Positions 10,533 to 20,000 of a stretch of 20,000 bases of DNA are shown here, in pieces. Source of the stretch: Chiloscyllium plagiosum (lineage: Eukaryota); contig NC_057728.1 of assembly GCF_004010195.1 (NCBI RefSeq), positions 43,687,509-43,707,508 of the forward strand, in the 5' to 3' direction. Position 1 is the first letter of the stretch. Each line of letters begins with the position of its first letter. The notes below the pieces were generated by a model, which had not been told where the DNA came from, did no database searches, and saw only the letters and a program-made list of their open reading frames with translations. The position numbers were made by a program, and so were the translations under genes.

Positions 10533-11444
10533 TTGGACAGATTTGAACAATTTTGGGGTATGAAAGCTCCTAGCAGATTTAAACTCTTGCCAATTATAGT
10601 CCTAACCTTTTAATAAAACTTAGGTGAGAAAATTTGTTTAATTTCGATTACTTGTGGTTGGTTAAATAAAAAGTGAGGGAAATGACTCTTTTAACATTGT
10701 TAAAGAGATTTTGGGATTTGAAGATGTTTCCCAAATTTGCCAAGACAGTTTAGAAAGACAGAGAAAGAATACACTTTTAGAATTAGCAAACAGTTTAACG
10801 AGGGACAAAAGGCAAGCTGAAATTGTAATGAAGTTAGTCAAGCACTTGTGTATATCAGAGAAACAGACAAGTACAGGAGAGTTAGAAAAACTTCAACTGA
10901 AAATGAGGCAACTGGAGTTAGAAGATAAAGAAAGGGAAAGAAAATTCTTAACTGCACAAAAGGAAACAGAGAGAGGAAAAAGAAAGGGAGAGAAGGTTTT
11001 CAACTGAGCAAAGAAAAAGAGAGAATTTGAACTTCAGACGCTGCGAATTAGTCAGGAAAGTCACGTTAACAGGATGGAGATGTAGTAAGAAGGTAGGAAT
11101 GTATATAGCTATGTTAACACATTACCACATTTCGATGAGAAAGATATCAAAGCCTTTTTTTATATCATTTGAAAAATTGGCTGGGAAGATGGAGTGGCCA
11201 GAGAACTTGTGGGTAATGTAGGTTCAGACTAAGCTGGTAGGCAGAGCTCATGAGGTATTTACAACGCTGTCAGATGAGGGGTCAAGATATGTCAAAAAGG
11301 CTATTTTGAGTGCCTATGAATTGGTACCAGAAGCTTATAGACCACATCAGAAACATAAAGGAGGAACCAGGTCAGACTTATGTTGAGTTTGAAAGAATTA
11401 AACAGAGCGATTTCGATAGATGGATGTGGGCCTTAAAAATAGAC

Positions 11445-11526
11445 AGGGCTTTTGCCAAAAACGTCGATTTTACTGCACCTCGGATGCTGCCTGAACTGCT
11501 GTGCTCTTAGAGGCACCACTAATCCA
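11445..11526 (+). mobile_element. 82-bp Penelope-like terminal fragment inserted in element A gag
   Basis: AGGGCTTTTGCCAAAAACGTCGATTTT..GGATGCTGCCTGAACTGCTGTGCTCTT breaks the gag alignment and shares GATGCTGCC.GA.CT.CTG.GCT with 2459-2482. Confidence 0.7.
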
Positions 11527-11532
11527 AAGACA

Positions 11533-12199
11533 TGTTGTGGACCAGGCCAGACCCCCTCAAAACATTTCAAGAAAGTAGCCCAGACCCTAACTTTGCTACT
11601 TGTTTTAAGGAGGTGTATAGCAGATATTCCACGAGTAATGCAGCTGGTCAAACCACTTAAAGAAAACAGAATTTATTTACAAGATTACCGAATGAAACAA
11701 AAACAAAATAGAACAGAATATAGAATAACCTAACCTATCCAAAAAAACCATCAGAGTATCCCAACTTAATGATGCTGTTCCAAATACTTGTTACAATCCC
11801 CACAAACAACCCTTAGCAAAAAAGGTGAAGTCAAATGCAGGGTCTTACAAGAAAGAGAGAGACAGCAGAGAGATTCAGATTGGAACACCTTCTTCCATGT
11901 AGCTGTTTTTTTGTATCAGCAGCCTTAAAACGACTGACTGCTTTCAGTGACTGCTAAAAACCAAACCAAATCAAACTAAAGAAAAGCTGATCCGGGAGAA
12001 CTGGCCAGTCCCCTTTCACTGTCAAAGCATTTTTTTTCCAAATTGAAAGCCCATTTTGCCTGAGACAGTATCTGTTAGCTATAACTAAATTGGCCCGAAA
12101 CCCTTCAAACCTTGACCTTTTGGAATTGTTGCTTTTATAACCTCTCTGAAAAATATGTCAAGGACAACATAACCTTGTTAAAGGAGCAGCATCCTCAGA
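11533..12199 (-). repeat. 3' LTR of element B (667 bp)
   Basis: TGTTGTGGACCAGGCCAGACC...GCAGCATCCTCAGA aligns end to end with 17292-17956. Confidence 0.95.
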
Positions 12200-12212
12200 C
12201 CTCCACCCTTAA
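12200..12212 (-). promoter_or_regulatory. Polypurine tract of element B
   Basis: Minus strand TTAAGGGTGGAGG directly precedes the 3' LTR. Confidence 0.8.
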
Positions 12213-12399
12213 AAGAAATGAACCATCAATATCCAAAGAAGGCTTCATTTTAAACCCCTTAATTTTAAACTGTTAATACTCTACAGTACATATATGCATT
12301 AAATTGACAATAATCTTGCAAACATGCACTACGACATTTTGATCCAGTTTGTTTTACTCCAGCCACCGAGTGCCTCCATTTCTCATTCAAGTCTCAACA

Positions 12400-13620
12400 A
12401 TGCGTCGAAATCATGTTTTCATGTCCTACCATATGCATAATTTCCAAATTGAATGGCTGTAACAAGAAGCTTTATCTAAACAGTCTGGCATTTTTGTCCT
12501 TAAATTTCTCCACAAACATCAATGGGTTATGATTAGTGTATATGATTCTCTCAGATACAATACTGGCAACATAAACATTGTGATTTTGCAAACACCAAGC
12601 TCAAAGTCTCCTTCTCAACTGTCATGTATTTCTGCTGATGAATGTTTAATTTCCTGGAGAAATACCAGATAAGTCTTTCTATCTACTCATCATCTCCCTG
12701 CAAGAGGACAGCACCAACACCCTCATCACTTGCATCTATAGCCACCTTGAATGTCTTTGCACAATTAGGTGTGGCTTATACTAGTTAATACAGCTTTCAG
12801 CCTACCAAGTGCCTTCTGACAGTCCGCAGTCCACTGAAACTTTTGCCTTTTTTTTAGTAATTCAGTGAGTGGAGCAGCCACACTGCTAAAATTTGGTACG
12901 AAATTTTGATAAAATCCACTCAATCCCAGGAATCATAGCACTGGTCTTTGTCAATTGTAATCTCCAATTACCTTTGTTTTTCCATTCCATTGGGCCATTA
13001 GTCCAGGTCCAATAACATGGCCCAAGAAGGCAACTTGGTTTTTGGCAAATTCATGTTCAGCCAGGTTTATCACCAAGCCTGCCTCCCGAACTCGATCAAA
13101 CAATTCAGAAAGATGTTGTAAATGTTTCTTGCATGTGTGACTAAAAATCACCAGGTCATCTATATATACGATACAATTGGGTTATCCAGCAATGGTTAGT
13201 CTCTGAAATGTGACTGGCATATTTTTCATACCAAAGGGCATGACTTTAAACTGGTACAGTCTATTTGGCGCTATGAAAGCCAAAACTGTCTTTGTTCTTT
13301 CAGACAAAGGTACCTGTCAGTATCCTTTGACCAAGTCCAACTTAGAAATATAAGTTGCTTGCCCCATCTTTTCAATATAGTCTTCCAAACGCAGAATCAG
13401 ATATGCATCAGTCCTTGTAACTGCACTGACTTTGCGATAATCCACACATAACCACTGCGTACCATCTGGTTTTGGCATCATTACTATGGGTGAGCTCAAG
13501 TCACTGTAACTCACTTCAATGATGTCATCTTGGAGCGTACATTAAATCTCCTTTTGAACCCGTGCCAATTTGAGAGGGTTATGCCCATAAGGAAGTTGCT
13601 TAATCCAAACAGTAGCTCCT
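12400..13620 (-). pseudogene. Element B reverse transcriptase plus RNase H
   Basis: SSPIVMMPKPDG..LCVDYRKV, KLDLVKGY, VMPFGMKN (~13221-13244), VYIDDLVIFS (~13140-13169), FLGHVIG; RNase H FKVAIDASDEGVGAVLL (~12701-12751) and YTNHNPL (~12522-12542). Confidence 0.93.
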
Positions 13621-13869
13621 GTATCTAAATCATGCATAATTAGGTTAGTACTTCCCAGCTATTTTGCACATATCTCCCCATGTGATAGTAATAATTCTTT
13701 CAGGTCATTTTGATTTTCCTCTGGAAACTAACTCAATAATTTATCCCAAATTTTTACAACTTCCGCATTGTGCAATTTAATTTGAGGAATGTCCAATTCA
13801 GAATCCTCTGAATTTGTAATCACTAACACAGTCTCCTTTGGCTTTCCTTCCCTGTCAAAATACCTTTTG

Positions 13870-14990
13870 AGTATAATCACATGACACATTCTGTGAGATT
13901 TCTTTCTGTCGTGAGTCGTTTCAAATATTTCCGCTCACTCAATACCCTTTTGCCTTGATAAACCTTGCTTTTAAAGGTTCAACTATCACTGGAAGTAACA
14001 CTAACATCTTACCTCCATGAGCAAAATGGTGAGGTTTTGATTTCTTGTCTGCTTCCTGTTTCAATGTATGCTGTGATACTTATAAATGCTGTCTAGTCAA
14101 TTCCCCCACTCTATTTAATTGCTCCCTAAAATTTGACACATAGTCCAAATATATGGTCTCAAAATTATGACTAACCAATCTCTCCTTAATCAATTTTAGC
14201 AGTCCTCTCATTTCAGGCCCAAAAACTAATTCAAATGGACTGTATTTAATTGATGCATTTGGTGCATCTCTGATTGCAAAAAGTACAAACGGAATTCCCC
14301 TCTCCCAATCATTTGGATAGTCTTGACTATAAGGCCTCAATATGGTCTTTAATGCCTGATGCCACCTTTCTAGCACTCCCTGCAATTCTGGATGGTGTGC
14401 AGTAGATTTGAATTGTTTTATTCCTAAACTGTCCATAACTTTCTTGAATAATTTTGATTAGAAGTTTGACCCTTGATCTGATTGGATCTTTGTGAGTATT
14501 TCATATCTCATGAAAAAATTGAGCAACTCCTCGACAATACATTTAGCTGTGATATTGCGTAATGGAACGGCTTTTGGAAATCTAACAGACACATCTCTTA
14601 TTGTTAACAAATACTTATTCCCACTCTTTATTTTAGGTAGGGGTCGTACATAATCAATTAAGACTCTTACAAAAGGTTCCTCAAGTACGGGAATAGGTAT
14701 TAAAGATACCAGTGGTTTTCCAATTACCTGACATGTATGACACATCTGGAAAAATTCAACTACATTCTTGTGTAGTGCAGGCCAGTAAAAAATGTTTTTG
14801 TGTTTTAGCTTGTGTGTTTCTCACTCGTAAATGACCCCCTACTGGTAACTCGTATGCTACCCACAACACCTCCTTTCTATAACTGACTGCCAATATGACT
14901 TGATGAACTTCTGCCCACTTTTCATCTGCCTCAATATGTGATAGTCCCCATTTTCTCACTAAGATATCATTTTCAAGATAATAGCATTCA
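13870..14990 (-). pseudogene. Element B integrase
   Basis: ELPVGGHL and CHTCQ (zinc-binding), IDYVRPLPK, QSDQGSNF, HHPELQGVLERWH in ORFs 14756-14959, 14458-14745 and 14080-14436. Confidence 0.93.
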
Positions 14991-15329
14991 GGGACAGACT
15001 TGGATTCTTTTTCTGTGATACAATTGCTTTAAATTTTCATCTTTTTACTGTAACTCAGTTAATTTATCTCAACTAAAGATGTCTGCTGTGTTATCTATCT
15101 GCTCCTGGCTTGTCTCAACTATTTGATCAAACAGGGTCTCTGCTAATTCTACTTCAACCTTCTGATCTGTACTCTTTGATCTCTCCTGGTGACTTTGTGA
15201 CCTCATTACCACACAGCCCAGAAAAATCCCAGGATATGTGTCCTGCAATAGTTCAGTTGCCTGAGTTTCCACTGGCTCTTCAACCACAATAGGCAGCACT
15301 CCGTCATATGAACCAGCTATATTGTTACC

Positions 15330-15580
15330 AAAGACAAATTGTATTCCTGGAGCTGAGAGCTTGTCCAATACTCCTAACATGACTTTGCCACTTTTCACTG
15401 GACACGCTAACCTCACTTTATATAATTCAGCGCTTCTTGTCTCATTGTGAATTCTATTACTCAAACGTTTTCTGCACTAGTCCTTCTGAAGTACATATAT
15501 TCTCATCTTTCAATATCACAGATTGAGAGGACCCTGTATCTCTTAATATTGTAATCTCTTTACCTCTTGATCCTGGCCTA
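15330..15580 (-). pseudogene. Element B aspartic protease
   Basis: EITILRDTGSSQS at ~15521-15558; GIQFVFGNNIAG in ORF 15069-15464. Confidence 0.88.
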
Positions 15581-15739
15581 TGCAGGTAAATGGTTTAAGA
15601 TCTGGCACTTCTTCTTTAACTGGTGACCAGTTTGTACGTTCTGGTGCAGCTTTCTAGCCTCCACTATGCTTTCCGTTACCACTCCAACAAAATGCACTGG
15701 CTTATTCTGTTTTCCTACATCTGGCTTCGCAGTGCTTTT

Positions 15740-17150
15740 CCTAATGCACCAACACTGTGATTTCATGCAGCCTACATTATTACAGTGAAAACACCTGAGC
15801 TTTTTAACTTCTCTTTTCCCTTCAAGGGTTTACTTTTTACCCCTTGCTAAGTTATCCTTATGATCTTCATCGAGATCTACCTTTCCTTTTCACGTAAGGA
15901 TTTCTCTTTTCCCCAATTTCTATCCCGAATGGATTGAAATTGATTTTGGAAGCCAAACTTTGATTTTTGGATCAACTCATAATCATCAGCTGCTAATCTT
16001 GTCATTTTAACTCTTTGCTCTTCCACATGTGTTCTCACTACTTCAGGAATGAATTTTTGAACTCCAAAATAATTGTCTAAGAGCATCATAGGTTTGCTCT
16101 ATTTTTAATGCCCTTATCCACCTATCAAAATTACTTTGTTTGATCCTTTCAAACTCAATGTAGATTTGACCAGGTTCCCTTCTTAGATTCCTGAAACATT
16201 GTCTGTCAGCTTCTGGCACAAGCTCAGATGCACTTAAAATGGTGTTCTTCACCTCCTCATACGTCCCAGATACCCCCTCAGATGGGTGATACCTCACTAC
16301 CTCTGCCGACAAGTTTTGTTTGGATCAACAAAACCCACATGGTCAGTGGCCACTGCATTTGTTTAGCCACCTTTTCAAATGAGATGAAAATGGCTTCCAC
16401 CTACTCTTCACCAAATTTAGGAAAAGTTTTAATATATTTAAACAGTTTCTCACCAGGACTTTGGCTACCATGGATTTGCTCATCCTCACTCTATTCTTCA
16501 CTAAGCTTACCTTCAGCCTTCATCTCCATCCTTTTGAGCAAACTTTCCTGTCTAAGTGCCAATTTCTGAAGTTCAAACTTCTTTCTTAGATTCCCCTACA
16601 GTGTGGAAACAGACCCTTCGGCTCAACAAGTCCACACTGACCATCCAAAGGGCAACCCATCCAGACCCATTCCCCTAACTCTACGGACAATTTAGCATGG
16701 CCAATTCACCTGACCTGCATACCTTTGGACTGTGGGAGGAGACCGGAGCACCTGGAGGAAACCCACGCAGACACGGGGAGAATGTGCAAACTCCACACAG
16801 ACAGACCGAGGGCAGGAATTGAACCCGGGTCTCTCTCTTCCCTCTCTGCTTTCCTCGGCTTTTAGTCATAATTCATTTCTGATGCCCTTCCCTTGTCTTT
16901 TTCCTCTACCTCAAGCTGCTTCATTTTCAACTGAATGTTAGCCATCTCCAAAGATTCTGATGATGTTTCCAGCAAATTTAAATGCTGAGCTATTGCTGCA
17001 ATTATCTCTCCTTTCCTCACAGAAGGAAGCAGCTTTAACTCCAGATTGTCTGTAATTCCAGTAGTTTGGCCTTAATCACCTTTTTTGCAAAATCCCCAAA
17101 AGTCACTTCTTCCACCCCCAGAAAACTCTTCGTGACTGAAAGAGCCAATG
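15740..17150 (-). pseudogene. Element B gag with capsid/SCAN-related region and one zinc knuckle; interrupted by a SINE
   Basis: YEEVKNTILSASELVPEADRQCFRNLRREPGQIYIEF (16043-16312). RCFHCNNVGCMKSQCW at ~15750-15797. Confidence 0.85.
16586..16833 (-). mobile_element. HE1/V-SINE-like SINE, 5'-truncated (B box kept, A box lost), inside element B gag
   Basis: Aligns with ~3160-3410. Minus strand starts at GACCCGGGTTCAATTCC and ends in TCTAA. Confidence 0.9.
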
Positions 17151-17269
17151 CTATTCCAAGCACTGTTTAAACCAAATGAAATCAACACCAAAAACAAAAG
17201 ACACTAACACATACCACTTGCTGCCTTCAAGTCCAGCAACCCTAACCCCAAGTTGGAACTACAGAACAC

Positions 17270-17288
17270 ATCCTGCAAAGAGCCCTCA
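17270..17288 (-). promoter_or_regulatory. Primer-binding site of element B, degenerate tRNA-Pro-like
   Basis: Minus strand TGAGGGCTCTTTGCAGGAT lies 3 nt after the 5' LTR end and resembles TGGGGGCTCGTCCGGGAT. Confidence 0.6.
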
Positions 17289-17291
17289 ATC

Positions 17292-17956
17292 TGTTTTGGA
17301 TCAGGCCAGACCTCTCAAAACATTTCAAGATAATAGCCCAGACCCTAACTTTGCTATTTGTTTTAAGGAGGCGTATAACAAATATTCCACAAGTAGTGCA
17401 GTTGGTCCAACCATTTAGTTTTAAACAAAACTAAATCTATTTATAAGATTACCAAATGAAACGCAAACAAAGTAGAACAGAATATAGAATAAACTAACGT
17501 TTCCGAAAACCCCACAGAGTACCCAACTTAATGATGCTGTTCCAAATACTTGCAACAATCCCCATAAACACCCTTTGGCAAAAAAGGTAAAATCAAACAC
17601 AGCATCTTATATGAGAGAGAGAGAGATAGAAGAGAGATTCAGTATGGAACACTTTCTTCCATGTAGCTGTTTCTTGGAATAGCAGCCTCAAAACGACTGG
17701 CTGCTTTCAGTGAACAGACAGACTGCTAAATACCAAACCAAACCAAATCAAATCAAAGAAAAGCTGAGCTGGGAGGACTGGCCACTCCCCTTTCAAGTTT
17801 TTTTAATGACTTGAAAGCCTTTTGCCTGAGGCAGTACCTGTTAGCTATAATCAAATTGGCCTGAATATCCTTCAGACCATGACCTTTTGGAATCGCTGCT
17901 TTTATGAAAAAATGCCAAGGATAGCACAACCTTGTTCAAAGAGCAGCATCGTCACA
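17292..17956 (-). repeat. 5' LTR of element B (665 bp)
   Basis: TGTTTTGGATCAGGCCAGACC...GCAGCATCGTCACA. Contains (GA)n at ~17613-17636 and (CCAAA)n at ~17733-17755, with shorter versions in the other LTR. Confidence 0.95.
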
Positions 17957-18400
17957 GACATATGAGGTTCTAAGAGAGATAATTCTGCTGGAGGAGTTTA
18001 AAAACTCACTTCCAGAGATGATAAGCATTTATGTGGATGAACAGAAAGTTTAAGAAGTGAGAAGAACGGCAGAAATGGCAGATGAATATGCACTGGTGCA
18101 TAAAGTGAATTTTAGGTTCCAGCAGGAATTTCATCCCGTGAGGGATAGAAATTCAGAGAAGCTGAGATCTGGCACTACAAAACAAAGAGTAGAGCACACT
18201 GACAATAGTTTACTACAGGTGAAAAAAGAATCCCAAGAGGGTGGAAAGAAGGTGAAAGGCCTCAGATGTAATGGAGTGGGACACATAATTATAGTGCTGA
18301 TAACTTAAGAAAGGCACTGGGAAAAGATGTCTTCACTCCCATAAGGTGGGACATTCAAAGTCAAAGTGCTGGTCATTGAAGAAAGGTACTGTGGAAAAAG

Positions 18401-19873
18401 TTTGATAAAAGAGGCTTAACCAATGAGATTAATGAACGTAGTAAAGGAAACCGCAGGGAAAGTTGAGGAGCTGCAGAGTCTAGGGTTTGAGTTAAAGCCC
18501 GATCACTATAAAAACTTCACATCTGTGGGTAAAGTTTACTCAGGAAGAACAGGGTATGGAGAAGGGAAAGAACTTACAATTTTAAGAGATACGGGATCTG
18601 GTAAGTCTCTAATAGTAAGATATGAAAGGTTGAGCACTCTTTCTGACATGATACCAGAGAGGCTGATAATTTGTGGAATAGATGGACAGAAATTTAGCAT
18701 CCCCCTGTGTAAGATTACATTAGAGAGCCAAATCAAGACTGGGGGAAGTAACAGTAGAACTGATTGACAGAGTGTCAATTCCAGGAATACAGTTTGTTCT
18801 TGGGAACAATTTAGCAGGATGCAAGGTGGGAGTGACACCTCTTGTGGTGGAGAAGCCTAAGGAAAATGAGGGAACTGAGGAATTAATAAAAAAATACCCT
18901 GGAATTTTTTCAGACTATGTGGTAACAAGATATCACTGCATAAGTCACAGCAAGAAGCAAAAACTAAAGAGAAAGTCCAACGAGTTGAGGTTCAGTTAGC
19001 TGACACCCTGTTTGATGTAAGGGTGCAGGAAAAACCTGAACAGGTAGAGGGTCAGGTAGAGATGTTTCATCCCAAAAGGCTAATGGACTTCCAACAGAAA
19101 ATTGAGACAATAAAAGATATACATATTGATGCCTACTCAGAAAAGGAATCAGAATTTATTCCCAACGATCATTACCTTAAGGACATAATCCTAATATAAA
19201 AATGGAGACGATGACAGTTAGTGCAGAAGAGAAATGGGCAGAAGTGCATCGGATTGTGTTGCCGGTAACTTACAGACAGGAAGTATTACAGGTAGCACTT
19301 GAATTACTAGAAGGAGGTCATCTCGGTGTGAGGAAGACTCATGCTAAGGTATTAAGGCACTTCTATTGGTATGGACTGCATAAGGATGTGGTTAAATTTT
19401 ACCATACATGCCATACGTATCAAATGGTAAGCCACTGGCAGTGATAAAACCAGCAACTTTGTTGCCAATTCCTGCATTCAAAGAACCTTTCACACGGGTT
19501 ATGATTGATTGTGTAGGTCACCTCCCTAAAACTAAAAGTCGGAAGCAATATTTGCTAGCCATAATGAATATATCTACCAGATGTCCAGAGGTAATTCTAT
19601 TATGTTAAGGCAAAAAGGGTGGTGGAGGAGTTGGTAACTTTCTTTATCAGGCATGGGCTACCTAAGAAGATTCAGTCAGACCAAAGGTCTAATTTTACTG
19701 TTGTTTAAGGAATTCATGGATAGTTTCGGCATACAGCACTTTAAGTCAAGTGTGCACCATCCTGAATCTCAAGAAGCTTTGGAAAATTGGCATCAGACCC
19801 TGAAGACCATGTTAAGAGCATTCTGTCGGGATTACCCAAATGATTGGGATAAAGGTGTCCCATTGGTATTGTT
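18401..19873 (+). pseudogene. Element A pol: aspartic protease followed directly by integrase, frameshifted
   Basis: ORFs 18423-18767 (LRDTGS), 18772-18999, 19202-19444, 19408-19608 and 19653-19892 carry PR, IN zinc-binding and DDE core motifs. No RT lies between PR and IN. Confidence 0.9.
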
Positions 19874-20000
19874 TAAGACCATAAGACCATAAGACCATAA
19901 GACATAGGAGTGGAAGTAAGGCCATTCGGCCCATCGAGTCCACTCCGCCATTCAATCATGGCTGATGCGCATTTCAGCTCCACTTACCAGCATTCTCCCC
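19874..20000 (-). mobile_element. CR1 LINE 3' end inserted into the integrase of element A; continues beyond the window
   Basis: (TAAGACCA)x3 tail at 19874-19903, then GGCCATTCGGCCCATCGAG..CCATTCAATCATGGCTGAT, similar to 3877-3925. Confidence 0.85.

Larger units (their letters stand above)
11533..17956 (-). mobile_element. Full-length Gypsy LTR retrotransposon B (Gmr1-like, PR-IN-RT-RH), decayed
   Basis: Direct repeats 11533-12199 and 17292-17956, outer termini TG..CA, GACA TSD (11529-11532 and 17957-17960), PBS and PPT in position, all gag/pol domains on the minus strand. Confidence 0.95.
10682..18400 (+). pseudogene. Element A gag (coiled coil, capsid/SCAN-related region, zinc knuckles), split into 10682-11444 and 17957-18400
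   Basis: Removing the inserts restores WALKID-KT-YEVLREIILLEEFKNSLPE, matching element B RALKIEQTYDALRQ. Confidence 0.85.
10437..19873 (+). mobile_element. Gypsy LTR retrotransposon A (Gmr1-like), decayed; interrupted at 11445-17956 and cut at 19874
   Basis: LTR end ..CGTAACA (10511), PBS, gag from ~10682 (FFISFEKLA..MEWP, EPGQTYVEFERIKQ), gag resumes at ~17957, protease ILRDTGS (~18579-18599), then directly integrase (GGHLGVRKT, CHT, IDCVGHLPK, QSDQRSNF, HHPESQEALENWH). Confidence 0.9.

Noticed and set aside
11672..12140. LTR TATA-like (TTATAAAAG) and AATAAA motifs on the minus strand
   Set aside because: Neither is exactly conserved in the other LTR, and such motifs are frequent in AT-rich DNA.
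12400..15580. Copia element or endogenous retrovirus
   Set aside because: Domain order is Copia-like but RT and RNase H motifs are Gypsy-type, and there is no room for env between RH and the PPT.
16681..16941. ORFs such as VCLCGVCTFSPCLRGFPPGAPVSSHSPK
   Set aside because: Translation of the SINE body, a common false gene call.
19874..19903. CRISPR-like or telomeric repeat
   Set aside because: No spacers; it is an 8-bp LINE tail in a eukaryotic repeat context.

Overview
Eukaryotic, AT-rich window made up almost entirely of decayed, nested retroelements. The repeat families (CR1 LINEs with 8-bp tandem tails, HE1/V-SINE-type tRNA SINEs, Penelope-type termini) point to a cartilaginous fish, probably a shark; this is inferred from recalled consensus sequences, not a search. 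Layout: 1-4758 is one old + strand CR1 ORF2 split by five insertions. 4800-7210 holds older LINE fragments and two short unassigned islands. 7310-10435 is the 5' half of a - strand CR1 (zinc finger/esterase ORF1 plus APE endonuclease) with a + strand CR1 tail inserted. 10437-19873 is a + strand Gypsy element (A) whose gag is interrupted by a full-length 6.4-kb - strand Gypsy element (B, 11533-17956) with two ~665-bp LTRs, GACA TSD, tRNA-Pro-like PBS and PPT. Element B has the atypical Gmr1-type pol order PR-IN-RT-RH, and element A also runs PR straight into IN. No intact host gene or complete retroelement gene is present. I do not see a new biological system; the interest lies in the Gmr1-in-Gmr1 nest, the junction mechanics and two unexplained islands.
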